This document shows, in pieces, positions 48,401-62,017 of a stretch of 64,000 nucleotides of DNA. The stretch is taken from assembly GCA_051313645.2 (NCBI GenBank), contig JBNRSN020000020.1, positions 116,870,001 through 116,934,000 of the forward strand, read 5' to 3'. The notes beneath the pieces were generated by a model. That model was not told the origin of the DNA. It did not search any database and was given only the letters and a program-made list of their open reading frames with translations. The translations under genes were made by a program, and so were the position numbers. Position 1 is the stretch's first letter. Each line of letters opens with the position of its first letter. The DNA comes from Centroscyllium fabricii. Its lineage: Eukaryota.

Positions 48401-50179
48401 AGGCAGGCCCATAGCGTTTTTCTCCCGCACCTTACAGGGACCCGAAACTCGCCACTCAGCAGTGGAAAAGGAGGCCCAGGCCATTGTGGAGGCCGTGCGC
48501 TACTGGCGTCATTACCTGGCCGGTAAGCGTTTTACCCTGCTCACCGACCAACGGTCGGTGGCGTTTATGTTTAATAATAAACAACGGGGTAAAATCAAGA
48601 ATGATAAGATTCTGCGGTGGCGGATCGAACTCTCGACTTACGAGTACGACATTCTTTACCGACCAGGTAAACTTAATGAACCCCCGGACGCACTGTCCAG
48701 GGGAACGTGCGCCAGTGCCCAGCTAGACCGGCTGAAGGACCTCCACGACCGCCTTTGCCACCCGGGTGTCACCAGACTCACCCACTTCGTTAAGTCCCGT
48801 AGCCTCCCCTACTCCATCACGGAGATCAAGGCTATGACCCGAGAGTGCCCTGTCTGCGCCGAGTGCAAACCCCACTTTTTCCGGCCAGACACGGCGCACC
48901 TCATTAAGGCCACCCGCCCCTTTGAACGTCTCAGCGTGGACTTCAAAGGCCCCCTTCCGTCCACCGACCGCAACTCATACTTCCTCACGGTAGTGGATGA
49001 GTTCTCCCGCTTCCCCTTCGCCTTCCCCTGCCCAGACATGACGAGCGCAACGGTGATTAAACACTTCACCACGCTGTTCGCCATTTTCGGTCTCCCCAGC
49101 TACATCCATAGCGACCGGGGGTCATCGTTCATGAGCGATGAACTGCGCCAGTTTCTGCTCCAGAGAGGGGTTGCCACGAGCAGAACGACCAGTTATAACC
49201 CCCGGGGGAACGGCCAGGTAGAAAGGGAGAATGGGATCATTTGGAAGGCGGTCACCCTGGCTCTCAAGTCCAGCGGCCTTCCAGTGTCCCATTGGCAGGC
49301 AGTCCTCCCAGACGCGCTGCACTCTATACGCTCTCTATTATGTACTGCTACTAACGCCACCCAGCACGATCTGATTTTCTCTTTCAACAGGAGGTCGACT
49401 TCGGGGACATCTCTTCCTCCATGGCTGACGACTCCGGGGCCGGTTTTGCTTAGAAGGCATGTCCGGAGCCACAAGACAGACCCCCTGGTGGACAAGGTAC
49501 AGCTCCTACACGCGAACCCGCACTATGCATTCGTGCAGTTCCCGGACGGGCGTGAGGACACTGTGTCCATCATGGACCTGGCTCCCGCAGGAAGCACCAC
49601 CGCAGAGCCCCCGGCCGGCCAGCAGGCCGAACAACCACCAGACATACGATGGCCCCTGCAGGGGACTGCACTGAACTACGACCCGGACGGCAGGGACCAG
49701 CCGAGTCCATCGCCACCTGAAGCCACAGCACCGGCAGATGCGGGCGATTCGAACCAGGAGGCACCACCACCAACACCGGAACGCCGGCGATCCACCAGGC
49801 AGACACGACCGCCGGACAGACTTATCATGAACTGTTCGACCCGTTCACCCCCCCCTCCACCCGGACTTAAAATTTTCAAGAAGGGGTGAATGTGGTAACC
49901 CTTCTGTGTTAGCATTACCACTGTATCATTATGGCTAATAATGGGCTGTGCAGATGTTAGGCACAGCCCTGTATACTGTGACACTGTTGGGAGCCAGGTC
50001 AGCCACACCTCTAACTCCTCCCCCAGGTGAGGCCCCGTTATAGGTGAGATCTGACCGAGGCTCCTCATTCCTGTACTGAAGTTCGTTCCGGATGGTAGCT
50101 CCATTCTTAGCAATTAAAAGCCTTTAGTTTCGGTAACTACTCGTCGACTCTTTTAATCGAAGGTATTGACGATACGTCA
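45413..50179 (+). mobile_element. Full-length Gypsy LTR retrotransposon, Mag-like
   Basis: 289-bp LTRs at 45413-45701 and 49891-50179 (3 mismatches); 5-bp TSD cagag; PPT aagaaggggtgaa; two zinc knuckles in Gag. Confidence 0.95.
45726..49889 (+). pseudogene. Gag-Pol single frame with one premature stop (TAA at 47676-47678)
   Basis: CxxC...H...C knuckles, DTG, YLDN, SDAS, HHCC/DDE; the conserved DAYPLP reads DA*PLP. Confidence 0.9.
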
Positions 50180-52274
50180 CAGAGACAGACCTGTACCCAC
50201 CAGTACTGTACCCCAGTGTTATACAGTGACAGACCTGTACCCATCAGTACTGTACCCCAGTGTTATACAGAGACAGACCTGTACCCACCAGTACTGTACC
50301 CTAGTGTTATACAGTGACAGAACTGTACCCACCAGTACTGTACCCCAGTGTCATAGTGACAGACCTGTACCCACAAGTACTGTACCCTAGTGTTATACAG
50401 TGACAGACCTGTACCCATCAGTACTGTACCCGAGTGTTATACAGTGACAGACCTGTACCCATCAGTACTGTACCCCAGTGTTATACAGTGACAGACTTGT
50501 ACCCATCAGTACTGTACCCCAGTGTTATACAGTGACAGACCTGTACCCACCAGTACTGTACCCCAGTGTTATACAGTGACAGACCTGTACCCACCAGTTA
50601 TGTACCCCAGTGTTATACAGCGACAGACCTGTACCCACCAGCACTGTACTGCAGCGTTACACAGTGACAGACCTGTACCCACCAGTACTGTACCCCAGTG
50701 TTATACAGTGACAGGCCTGTACCCACCATTACTGTACACCAGTGTTATAGTGACAGACCTGTACCCACCAGTACTGTACCCCAGTGTTATACAGTGACAG
50801 ACCTGTACCCACCAGTACTGTACCCGTGTTATACAGTGACAGACCTGTACCCACCAGTACTGTACCCCAGTGTTATAGTGACAGACCTGTACCCACCAGT
50901 ACTGTACCCCAGTGTTATACAGTGACAGACCTGTACCCACCAGTACTGTACCCCAGTGTTATACAGTGACAGACCTGTACCCACCAGTACTGTACCCCAG
51001 TGTTATAGTGACAGACCTGTACCCACCCGTACTGTACCCCATTGTTATACAGTGACAGACCTGTACCCCCCAGTACTGTACCCCAGTGTTATAGTGACAG
51101 ACCTGTACCCACCAGTACTGTACCCCAGCGTTATAGTGACAGACCTGTACCCACCAGTACTGTACCCCAGTGTTATACAGTGACAGACCTGTACCCACCA
51201 GTACTGTACCCATGTTATACAGTGACAGACCTGTACCCACCAGTACTGTACCCGTGTTATACAGAGAGAGACCTGTACCCTCCAGTACTGTACCCCAGTG
51301 TTATAGTGACAGACCTGTACCCACCAGTACTGTACCCCAGTATTATACAGTGACAGACCTGTACCCACCAGTACTGTACCCCAGTGTTATACAGAGACAG
51401 ACCTATACCCACCAGTACTGTACCCCAGTGTTATAGTGACAGACCTGTACCCACCAGTACAGATTGGGGGCGCTGTGCTCCGGCTGGAGCGGTCGCCGTG
51501 AAGGCGAGCTGCTGTGGAGCGGTCGCCATGAAGGCGAGCTGCTGTGGAATTGACTTTTAAAAACTGTCATTAAAACTACAATTCGCCTCAACTCAAACCA
51601 TCGGCCCTCCAGTTAAGTCGGGAGGGAGTCCGGTTGATGGCTTTAAATTCGGGATGTGCATCAATGCGGAACGGAGTTGGTGGACTCGGGGAGCCTGGCT
51701 GTCGTTGGGCCTAGAGGTAGGCCCCAGGCCTCCGACCTTCGCTTCCGGAGTGCGGAGTTCGGTGAACTTGGAGAGCCTGGTTGTCAGCGGGCCTAGAGGG
51801 CGGCCCCCAGGCCTCCAATCTTTGTTCTGGAGTGCGGGAGTTCGGCGGACTCGGGGAGCTAGCATGGCGTCGTACCTACAGGCAGACCCAGGGACATCGA
51901 TCTCTGTTACCGGAGTTGTGGTGTTCAGGAGATCTTGGGGGTGCCGGCATGCGGTCGAGCTGAGAGGGAGACCCCATAGGATATTTGAAATCATTCCGAA
52001 AATTCGTGAGTCCTGAGGTTTCGGGGTAGCAGAACGAACACCGTTTTATAAATTTTGGATTCAGAGGCGTATTGTAGTGTGATGGAATGGAAAAAGTTTA
52101 ACATCGAACTAGATGCCGGAGCATGGGCGGGACCCACGATGATGGTGCCGGAGAATGGCTGACGTCTTGCGGGTTCCGTGCGTGCTGTACAGCTAAATGT
52201 TCTTGTTGCGCGGTTGTTGTATAGCGCGTTCGGAAAGCAGTATGCATTTCACTGTCCTAGGCCATGTGACAAAT

Positions 52275-55200
52275 TGTGGCGACACGCCCACCGGCAGCCA
52301 CGAACCCGCGCTGGGAAGGCTGCAAAGCGGCCCCGCCCGTCGGAGGACGCACGGACTTCCCCGACGTGATGACGTCACCAGGTGGCCAGCCGGCAGTGAC
52401 GTCCCCAGCCGCGGGACCTTTAAATATCTGAGAGCCAGGTGGCTCTCTCTCTTTCTCCCTACCTGGCCCTAGCTGTAACAAGTAGTTAATAAAAACTCTG
52501 CATTCAACCTCTCTGTGTCCAGCGTGGTCCTTCAGCCTTGCAGGCCTCAACACTGGTGACCCCGATACCTGAGACGTTTCTCAGGTGAACAATGAAGCAG
52601 CCACTGCAGGACTGAGGGACAAGCTGCCGCAGCCGAATCGCTACCACCATGCCAGCAGCAACCGACTCAGCACGCCAAGGCAGACGGGGCCAAGTTTACC
52701 TCCCGGTCCCAACCATACCACAATTCTGGGAGCTCCGTCCAGCGGCTTGGTTTCGCAACACCGAGAACACCTTCCGCATTCATGGCGTGCACGCAGACGA
52801 CCGCTACAGCCTGCTCTTCGCAGCCCTCGCACAGTCCACCATCGACAGAATGTGGGACACCATCGAGGAAGACACTTCTGCTGGCAGGTACGAATCGCTA
52901 AAGGCCGCGCTGCTCGCAAAATTTACCCCAACCATTTTCGAGCGCGATTGCCAGGTCATTAACCTCCCCGACCTGGGAGATGCAGACCCCACCGACTTGT
53001 GGGCCCAGTTCGAGGCGCTTAATCGCGACTCAGACACCCTTAAGCGCGCCCTCTACCTCCTTAAGCTGCCGCCCTCCATCAGACCGACACTGACGGTCTT
53101 GGAGCACCTCTCAAACAGGCAGCTAGCTCAGGAGGCAGACAAGCTCATTAAGGCCGAGCGCACCCGCGCCACCATGCACCGCCACGCTGCCGCTCAACAA
53201 GAGCAGCACCAACCACAACCCCGGCCCCAACTCAGAGCCGCGCGGACCCACAAAAAGCCACGCACCGCGGCAACCGGCTGGTGCTACTACCATACCAGGT
53301 TTGAGGCCAAAGCGCAGCGCTGCGTTCCGCCCTGCAACTTCAAACCCCAAACCTGCCCCAGCCCCACCATGTGCGTCGGCCGCTCCGGAGCGCTGCTCTT
53401 CGTTAAAGACAGTGTCTCAGGCCTCCGTTTCCTCTGCGACACAGGCGCGCAGCACAGCATCGTGCCAGCCTCCCCCGCAGAATCCAAGCAGGGCACCCAA
53501 GGCCCACCACTCGAAGCCGCAAACGGCTCCGAGATACTCACGTTCGGTACCCGCCAGCTTACCATTAAACTAGCAGGCCACAGGTATACGTGGGACTTCA
53601 TCACCGCGCAGGTTAACACGCCCCTACTCGGAGCCGACTTTCTGTGCGCCCACGGGCTCCTTGTCGATGTTACCCGGCGCCGCCTGGTCGACATCCAAAT
53701 CATGTCGACCATTCCGTGCTCCACAGCCCCAGCACACCAGACCCACGCGGCAGCTCACTGCCGGGCCCGCAACTCCGACACGTACGCCACGCTGCTCGCC
53801 GAGTTCCCCACCCTAACCAACCCCACCTTCACAGCCCGCTCCGCCAAGCACGGCGTAGAGCACCACATCACCACCACAGGCCCCCCGGTCCACGCCCACG
53901 CACGCAGGCTGGACCCGGCCAAGCTAGAGATCGCTCGAGCCGAGTTTCACATCATGGAACAGCTCGGCATCATCCGCCGCTCCAGCAGCCCCTGGGCCTC
54001 CCCCCTCCACATTGCCCCTAAACCCGATGGCGGCTGGCGCCCCTGCGGAGACTACCGCCGCCTCAACAACGCCACCACCCCGGATAGGTACCCAGTCCCC
54101 CACATCCAGGATTTTTCCGTGAGGCTAGCCGGCTGCACGGTCTTTTCAAAGATCGACCTGGTACGGGGCTACCATCAAGTTCCAGTGCACCCGGCGGATG
54201 TCCCTAAGACAGCCGTCATCACCCCATTCGGCCTATTTGGATTTCTCCGGATGCCCTTCGGACTCAAAAACGCGGCCCAGGCTTTCCAACGCCTCATGGA
54301 CTCAGTCCTCCGGGACCTCCAGTTCACATTCGTCTATCTCGACGACATCCTGGTGGCCAGCGCCTCCCCCCGGGAACACCTCATCCACCTCAGAACCCTT
54401 TTTAAACGCCTGGCCGACCACGGCCTCATATTAAGCCCCTCCAAGTGCCGATTCGGCCTCGAGGCTATTGACTTCCTCGGCCACCACATCTCCCACACCG
54501 GGGCCATACCCCTGCCCTCCAAGGTGCAGGCGGTCCAGGAATTCCCCCGCCCGCACTCCATCAAGGGGCTGCAGGAATTCCTTGGAATGGTTAATTTTTA
54601 CAACCGTTTCATCCCCGGCGCAGCCGCCCTCATGGCCCCCCTCTACCAGGCCACCCACGGGCAATCCAACAAGACCGCGGTCGAGTGGACGGCCGAAGCC
54701 GCCACCGCTTTCACCGCAACCAAAACGGCCCTTGCCAAAGCCACCCTCCTCAGCCACCCCAGGCCCAACGCCAGAGTAGCCCTCACCACCGACGCCTCCG
54801 ACCACGCTGTCGGAGCAGTCTTCGAGCAGTGGTCGGGCGACTCATGGCAACCACTGGCCTTTTTCAGCCGCCGCCTCCGGCCCCCAGAGGTCAAGTACAG
54901 CGCCTTCGATAGGGAGCTACTCGCTCTCTACCTCGCAGTGCGCCACTTCCGCTTCCTTTTAGAGGGCCGCCACTTTACAGCATTTGTGGACCACAAACCA
55001 TTAGTCTCCGCAATGGCTAAGCTCTCCGAACCCTGGTCGGCCAGGCAGCAGCGCCAGCTCGCGGCCGTGTCCGAGTTCACGACCGACATCCAGCACATTG
55101 CCGGCCGCGACAACGTGGTCGCCGACTGCCTCTCACGACCCGCCATTCACAAGCCCAACCCCGACCACCCCGCGGGCCCCGCCATCAGCAGCGCAGGCAC

Positions 55201-57083
55201 AACCGGCACCCAAACCGCCGACCACCCCCCAAACCCCAGCCACCAACCGCGCCTGCGCACACTGCTGCGCATTCCCAACCACCAACACTGTCCAGACCGC
55301 GGTCGACTACGTCAAAATGGCGGCCGACCAACTCAGCGATCCCGACCTCCTCGACCCCACCAACAAACTTCCCGGCCTACTCTTGGCCACCGTAGCACAC
55401 GGACCCACAGCCACGGCGGTCCGCTGCGACGTCACCCTGCCCCAACCCAGGCCCGTGGTGCCCCTCGCGTGGAGGCAGCACATCTTCCAGACCCTCCACG
55501 GCCTCTCCCACCCCGGCGTCCGCGCATCCACCAAGCTCATCTCTGCGCGATTCGTTAAACGCGGCCTAAAACAAGATGTCCGCGCCTGGACCACCTCGTG
55601 CAATGCCTGCCAGCGAGCCAAGGTGCACAAACACATCAAAGCACCGCTCCAACCAATCGCCATCCCAGCCAGACGCTTCAGCCACGTGCACATCGACCTG
55701 GTTGGACCACTACCCCCATCACGTGGACACTTGTACCTCCTCACAATGGTCGACCGCACCACCCGCTGGCCTGAAGCGGTCCCCCTCAACACGACCACCA
55801 CCGCCGAACTGGCCAGGGCCTTCATCGCCACCTGGGTCGCCCGCTTCGGCGTCCCCAACGACATTACTTCAGACAGGGGCCCCCAATTCACTTCAACTCT
55901 ATGGTCAACCATCGCTCACGACCTTGGGGTAACCCTGCACCGAACCACTGCCTACCACCCGCAAGCCAACGGCCTCTGCGAACGGTTCCACCGAACTTTT
56001 AAAACATCCCTGCGGGCCAGCCTCCAGGACGCAACCTGGACGGACCGCCTGCCCTGGGTAATGCTCGGCCTCCGCACAGCGGCCAAAGAAGATCTACACG
56101 CCTCGGCAGCCGAACTCGTTTACGGCCAACCACTAACCGTACCAGGCGAGTTCGTCGCAGAAACAAACGAACCCTGGTCGGCCGAGCGCTGCCTCAGGGA
56201 ATTCAACAACCAGGCAGCAGAATTCAAACCACTTCCGGTGGCCCGCCACGGTCAACCGGCGACACGCGTCCCCAACACCATTCAGGACGCCAAGTACGTG
56301 TTTGTCCGCCATGACTCTCACAAAGCACCGCTGCAGGCACCGTACGACGGGCCATTCAGAGTGCTTCGGGCGGGACCCAAGACTTTTGACATTCAAATGG
56401 GCAACAGAACTGAGACCGTATCCATTGACCGGCTCAAACCAGCACACGTAATGGCGGGCGAGACAACAGTCCCCGCACAACCACCTAAACGCGGCCGCCC
56501 TACCGCACCAAAACCCGCCCACACTCCCACACAGACCAACAAGCAACACATCACACGTGCCGGCCGTACCATCAGGCCACCTAAGCGCCTCGCCTGAGGC
56601 GACACGGGCAGAGCATAGACGGCCCGCCACAACACCATCTTTCGAACCACGGAACAGCACACAACACCTGCCGGCCACAACACCAGGCCATTGCGGCAAA
56701 CTGTCGGACATTCTGTGTGTAATCGAAATGTGTGTCTGCTCTCCTTTTTGTCTCCCTCTCCTCTAGGAAACTACACTTCCCCTCGCGGATTCTGGGGGGG
56801 AGCTGTGTGGCGACACGCCCACCGGCAGCCACGAACCCGCGCTGGGAAGGCTGCAAAGCGGCCCCGCCCGTCGGAGGACGCACGGACTTCCCCGACGTGA
56901 TGACGTCACCAGGTGGCCAGCCGGCAGTGACGTCCCCAGCCGCGGGACCTTTAAATATCTGAGAGCCAGGTGGCTCTCTCTCTTTCTCCCTACCTGGCCC
57001 TAGCTGTAACAAGTAGTTAATAAAAACTCTGCATTCAACCTCTCTGTGTCCAGCGTGGTCCTTCAGCCTTGCAGGCCTCAACA
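52275..57083 (+). mobile_element. Full-length CsRn1-like Gypsy (copy B) with identical LTRs
   Basis: 278-bp LTRs at 52275-52552 and 56806-57083, identical by eye; TSD aaat; PBS tggtgaccccga 52554-52565; G-rich PPT. Confidence 0.96.
52649..56597 (+). CDS. Gag-Pol of copy B with a single +1 frameshift at about 55225-55237
   Basis: ORFs 52649..55558 and 55098..56597 together are collinear with the 1341-aa protein of copy A. Confidence 0.88.
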
Positions 57084-59779
57084 AAATAAAGTTAACTTGT
57101 ACCTTGTACCCCAGTGTTATACAGTGACAGACCTGTACCCACCAGTACTGTACCCCAGTGTTATAGTGACAGACCTGTACCCACCGGTACTGTACCCCCG
57201 TGTTATAGTGACAGACCTGTACCCACCGGTACTGTACCCCAGTGTTATAGATACAGGCCTGTACCCACCAGTACTGTACCCCAGTGTTAGTGACAGACCT
57301 GTACTCACTAGTACTGTACCCCAGTGTTATACAGTGACAGACCTGTATCCACCAGTACTGTACCCCAGTGTTATAGAGACAGGCCTGTACCCACCAGTAT
57401 GCTACCCCAGTGTTATACAGTGACAGACCTGTACCCCAGTGTTATACAGTGACAGACCTGTACCCACCAGTACTGTACCCCAGTGTTATACAGTGACAGA
57501 CCTGTACCCACCAGTACTGTACTCCAGTGTTGTACAGTGACAGACCTGTACCCACCAGTACTGTACCCCAGTGTTATAGCGACAGGCCTGTACCCACCAG
57601 TATGCTACCCCAGTGTTATACAGTGACAGACCTGTACCCACCAGTACTGTACCCCAGTGTTATACAGTGACAGACCTGTACCCTCCAGTGCTCTACCCCA
57701 GTGTTATAGAGACAGGCCTGTACCCACCAGTATGCTACCCCAGTGTTATACAGTGACAGATCTGTACCCACCAGTACTGTACCCCAGTGTTATACAGTGA
57801 CAGACCTGTACCCACCAGTACTGTACCCCAGTGTTATAGTGACAGACCTGTACCCACCAGTACTGTACCCCAGTGTTATACAGTGACAGACCTGTACCCA
57901 CCAGTATGCTACCCCTGTGTTATAGTGACAGACCTGTACCCCCCAGTACTATACCCCAGTGTTATACAGTGACAGACCTGTACCCACCAGTACTGTACCC
58001 CAGTGTTATACAGTGACGGACCTGTACCCCCCAGTACTGTACCCCAGTGTTATACAGTGACAGACCTGTACCCACCAGTATGATACCCCAGTGTTATAGT
58101 GGCAGACCTGTACCCACAAGTACTGTACCCGTGTTATACAGCAACAGGCCTGTACACACCAGTACTGTACCCCAGTGTTACAGTGACAGACGTTTACCCA
58201 CCAGTACTGGACCCCAGTGTTATATAGTGACAGACCTGTACCCACCAGTACTGTACCCCAGTGTTATAGTGACAGACTTGTACCCACCGGTACTGTACCC
58301 CCGTGTTATAGTGACCTACCTGTACCCACCGGTACTGTACCCCAGTGTTATAGATACAGGCCTGTACCCACCAGTACTGTACCCCAGTGTTAGTGACAGA
58401 CCTGTACTCACTAGTACTGTACCCCAGTGTTATACAGTGACAGACCTGTATCCACCAGTACTGTACCCCAGTGTTATAGAGACAGGCCTGTACCCACCAG
58501 TATGCTACCCCAGTGTTATACAGTGACAGACCTGTACCCCAGTGTTATACAGTGACAGACCTGTACCCACCAGTACTGTACCCCAGTGTTATACAGTGAC
58601 AGACCTGTACCCACCAGTACTGTACTCCAGTGTTGTACAGTGACAGACCTGTACCCACCAGTACTGTACCCCAGTGTTATAGAGACAGGCCTGTACCCAC
58701 CAGTATGCTACCCCAGTGTTATACAGTGACAGACCTGTACCCACCAGTACTGGACCCCAGTGTTATACAGTGACAGACCTGTACCCTCCAGTACTGTACC
58801 CCAGTGTTATAGAGACAGGCCTGTACCCACCAGTATGCTACCCCAGTGTTATACAGTGACAGATCTGTACCCACCAGTATGCTACCCCAGTGTTATACAG
58901 TGACAGACCTGTACCCACCAGTACTGTACCCCAGTGTTATAGTGACAGACCTCTACCCACCAGTACTGTACCCCAGTGTTATAGTGACAGACCTGTACCC
59001 ACCAATACTGTACCCCAGTGTTATACAGTGACAGACCTGTACCCACCAGTATGCTACCCCTGTGTTATAGTGACAGACCTGTACCCCCCAGTACTATACC
59101 CCAGTGTTATACAGTGACAGACCTGTACCCACCAGTACTGTACCCCAGTGTTATACAGTGACGGACCTGTACCCCCCAGTACTGTACCCCAGTGTTATAC
59201 AGTGACAGACCTGTACCCACCAGTATGATACCCCAGTGTTATAGTGGCAGACCTGTACCCACAAGTACTGTACCCGTGTTATACAGCAACAGACCTGTAC
59301 ACACCAGTACTGTACCCCAGTGTTACAGTGACAGACCTTTACCCACCAGTACTGGACCCCAGTGTTATATAGTGACAGACCTGTACCCACCAGTACTGTA
59401 CCCCAGTGTTATAGTGACAGACCTGTACCCACCAGTACTGTACCCGTGTTATACAGTGACAGACCTGTACCCACCAGTATGCTACCCCAGTGTTATCCAG
59501 GGACAGACCTGTACCCCCCAATATGCTACCCATGCTGGAACTCCCTCTCTAACAGCACAGGGTGCACCTTCACCACATGGACTGCAGCGGCTCAAGAAGA
59601 AATCCCACCACCACCTTCTCAAGGGCAATTGGGGATGGGAAATAAATGCTGGACACATCCTGAGAACAAATTTATTTAAAGTTAAAATCTATGATTGATT
59701 ATTTCTGGCAGTATTTAAATTTCACACACATCTACATCCCAGGCGAGAAGCAAGGAACTGTTGAGGAGCAGACACATCA

Positions 59780-60420
59780 GTTGTCCAAGTACAGAAATCA
59801 CTAAAGACTATTGGAAAAGTACAAAAATAATTAAGAGGGAAGGAGGAGTGTTGGCCTTTATCTCAAGGGGAGGAAGCTATATTACCAGCTGTACCGAGCT
59901 CTGGTTAGAGCCCGTCTGACGTACCCTGTACTGGGTTCAACTCTGGGCACCACTCGTCAGGAAGGATATACTGGCCTCGGAGGGGGTGCTGTGCAGTGTC
60001 ACCAGAATGATGCCAGGGTTAAATTATGAGGACAGATTGCATAGACCAGGCTTGTATTCCCTTGAATACAGAAGATTAAGGGATGATCTATTTGAGGTGT
60101 TTAAGATGATTAAAGGATTTGATAGAATAGAGAGAGCAACTATTTCCTCTGGGGGGTGTGGGGGAGTCCACAATAAGGGGCCAGAACCTTCAAATTCGAG
60201 CCAGGCCGTTCAGCGGTGATGTCAGGAAGCACGTCTTCACAGAGAGGGGAGTCGAAATCTGGAACTCTCTCCCCAAAAAGCTGCTGAAGCTGGGGGTTAA
60301 TTGGAAATTTAAAAACTGCGATTGATAAAGTTTGTTGGCTCAGGGAATTAAGGGTTATGGAACCAAGGCAGGTAAATGAAGTTAAGATACGGATCAGGGA
60401 GATCACGGACTGCATTCTGA
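59780..60420 (+). mobile_element. Degraded CR1 3' fragment
   Basis: NYEDRLHRPGLYSLEYRRLRDDL. Confidence 0.75.
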
Positions 60421-60654
60421 GCTGCAATTATAGTCCTGAGATACTGCCCATGGTTCAGTGAGTTTAAGGAGATCGGTCATGCAGCTGATGCTCGATAATA
60501 GCCAGAGAAAGATTAATGATTATGAGCCAATCTCCGAGTTTATTGATTACACTTACTCGCAGTTCCTGGACATGTGAATGGGACTCGTGCTCGAAAAGAT
60601 TCTTTGGATCAGACTGAGCTGGTGGAGGATAAAACTCTGGAAACACGGCAGTGA

Positions 60655-62016
60655 AAACAAAGAATTGGAATAAACGGGTCTTTTTCCGAGTGGCAGACAG
60701 TGACTAGTGGGGTACCGCAAGGATCGGTCCTGGGACCCCAGCTATTCACAATATATATAAATGATCTGGACGAGGGAACTAGATGTAATATCTCCAAGTT
60801 TGCAGACGACTCAAAGCTGGGTGGGCATGTGTGCTGTGAGGAGGATGCCGAGAAACTCCAAGATGATTTGGACAGGTTGGGTGATTGGGCAGAAGCAAGG
60901 CAGATGCAATATAATGTGGATAAATGTGAGGTTATCCACTTTGGTGTCAAAAACAGGAAGGCAGATGGCAATAGATTGGGAGAAGGGGAAGTGCAATGAG
61001 GCCTGGGTTGTCCTTGTGCACCAGTTGCTGAAGGTAAGCATGAAGGTGCAGGTGGTTAAGAAGGCAAATGGTATGTTGGCCTTCATAGAATCCCTACAGT
61101 GCTGATAGAGGCCATTTCGGCCCATCGAGCCTGCACCGACACATATCCCACCCTATCCCCATAAACCCACATATTTAATCCCTCTAACACTAAGGGTCAA
61201 TTTATCCTGGCTAATCAACCTAACCCGCACATCTTTGGACTGTGGGAGGAAACCGGAGCACCCGGAGGAAACCCACGCAGACACGGGGAGAATGTGCAAA
61301 CTCCACACAGATAGTCACCCGAGGCTGGATTTGAACCCGGGTCTCCAGAGCTGTGAGACAACAGTGCTAGCCACTATACCACCGTGCCGCCCTCATAGCG
61401 AGAGGATTCGAGTACAGGAGCAAGGATGTCTTGCTGCAGTTGTACAGGGCCTTTATGAGACCACACCTTGAGTATTGTGTGCAGTTTTGGTCGCCTTATC
61501 TGAGGAAGGATGTTCTTGCCATGGAAGGAAGATTCACAAGGCTGATACCTGGGATGACAGGAATGACATATGAGGAGAGATTGGGTCAATTGGGCTTATA
61601 TTCGCTGGAGTTTAGAAGAATGAGAGGGGATCTCATTGAAACTTATAAAATTCGAACAGGACTAGACAGACTAGATGCAGGCAGGATGTTCCTGATGGTT
61701 GGGGAGTCCAGAACCAGGGGTCACAGTCTAAGGATAAGGGGTAAGCCATTTAGGACTGAGATGAGGAGGAATTCCTTCACTCAGAGAGTGGTGAACCTGT
61801 GGAATTCTCTGCCACAGAAGGCAGTGGAGGCCAGTTCATTAAATATATTCAAGAAGGAGTTGGATATATTTCTTAGAGCTAGAGGTATCAAGGGATATGG
61901 GGACAGGGCAGGGACAGGGTACTGAATTTGGATGATCAGCCATGATCTCATTGAATGGCAGAGCAGGCTCGAGGGTCCGAATGGCAGATTCCTGCTCCTA
62001 TCTTCTATGTTTCTAT
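60655..62016 (+). mobile_element. CR1 LINE, 5'-truncated, with a nested SINE
   Basis: [27 protein letters not shown]; tail ttctatgtttctatg. Confidence 0.9.
61089..61392 (-). mobile_element. Full-length tRNA-derived V-SINE (HE1-like)
   Basis: Head gggcggcacggtggtatagtgg (A box) and ggttcaaatcc (B box); V-domain gagtttgcacattctccccgtg; flanking tcatag duplication. Confidence 0.88.
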
Positions 62017-62017
62017 G

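Larger units (their letters stand above)
51461..57104 (+). mobile_element. About 830-bp GC-rich non-autonomous retroposon-like element (51461-52274 plus 57088-57104) split by Gypsy copy B
   Basis: Cleanly interrupts the minisatellite (ccagtac|tgtacccc); LINE-like 3' end atttcactgt...atgtgacaaataaa plus short-repeat tail; no coding capacity. Confidence 0.6.
43295..59530. repeat. 42/44-bp minisatellite (acagtgacagacctgtacccaccagtactgtaccccagtgttat)n in three blocks: 43295-45412, 50180-51460, 57105-59530
   Basis: Direct periodicity; interrupted by transposon insertions. Confidence 0.97.

Noticed and set aside
55228-55234. C CCA AAC slippery heptamer as a programmed -1 frameshift
   Set aside because: Integrase lies in the +1 frame, and copy A has a single ORF.
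43255-59698. Many ORFs such as TDLYPPVLYPSVI
   Set aside because: Translations of the 42/44-bp minisatellite.
60557-60636. Possible extra minus-strand exon (ccag...gtaagt)
   Set aside because: No SLC6 similarity, 80 nt would break the frame, and it abuts LINE sequence.
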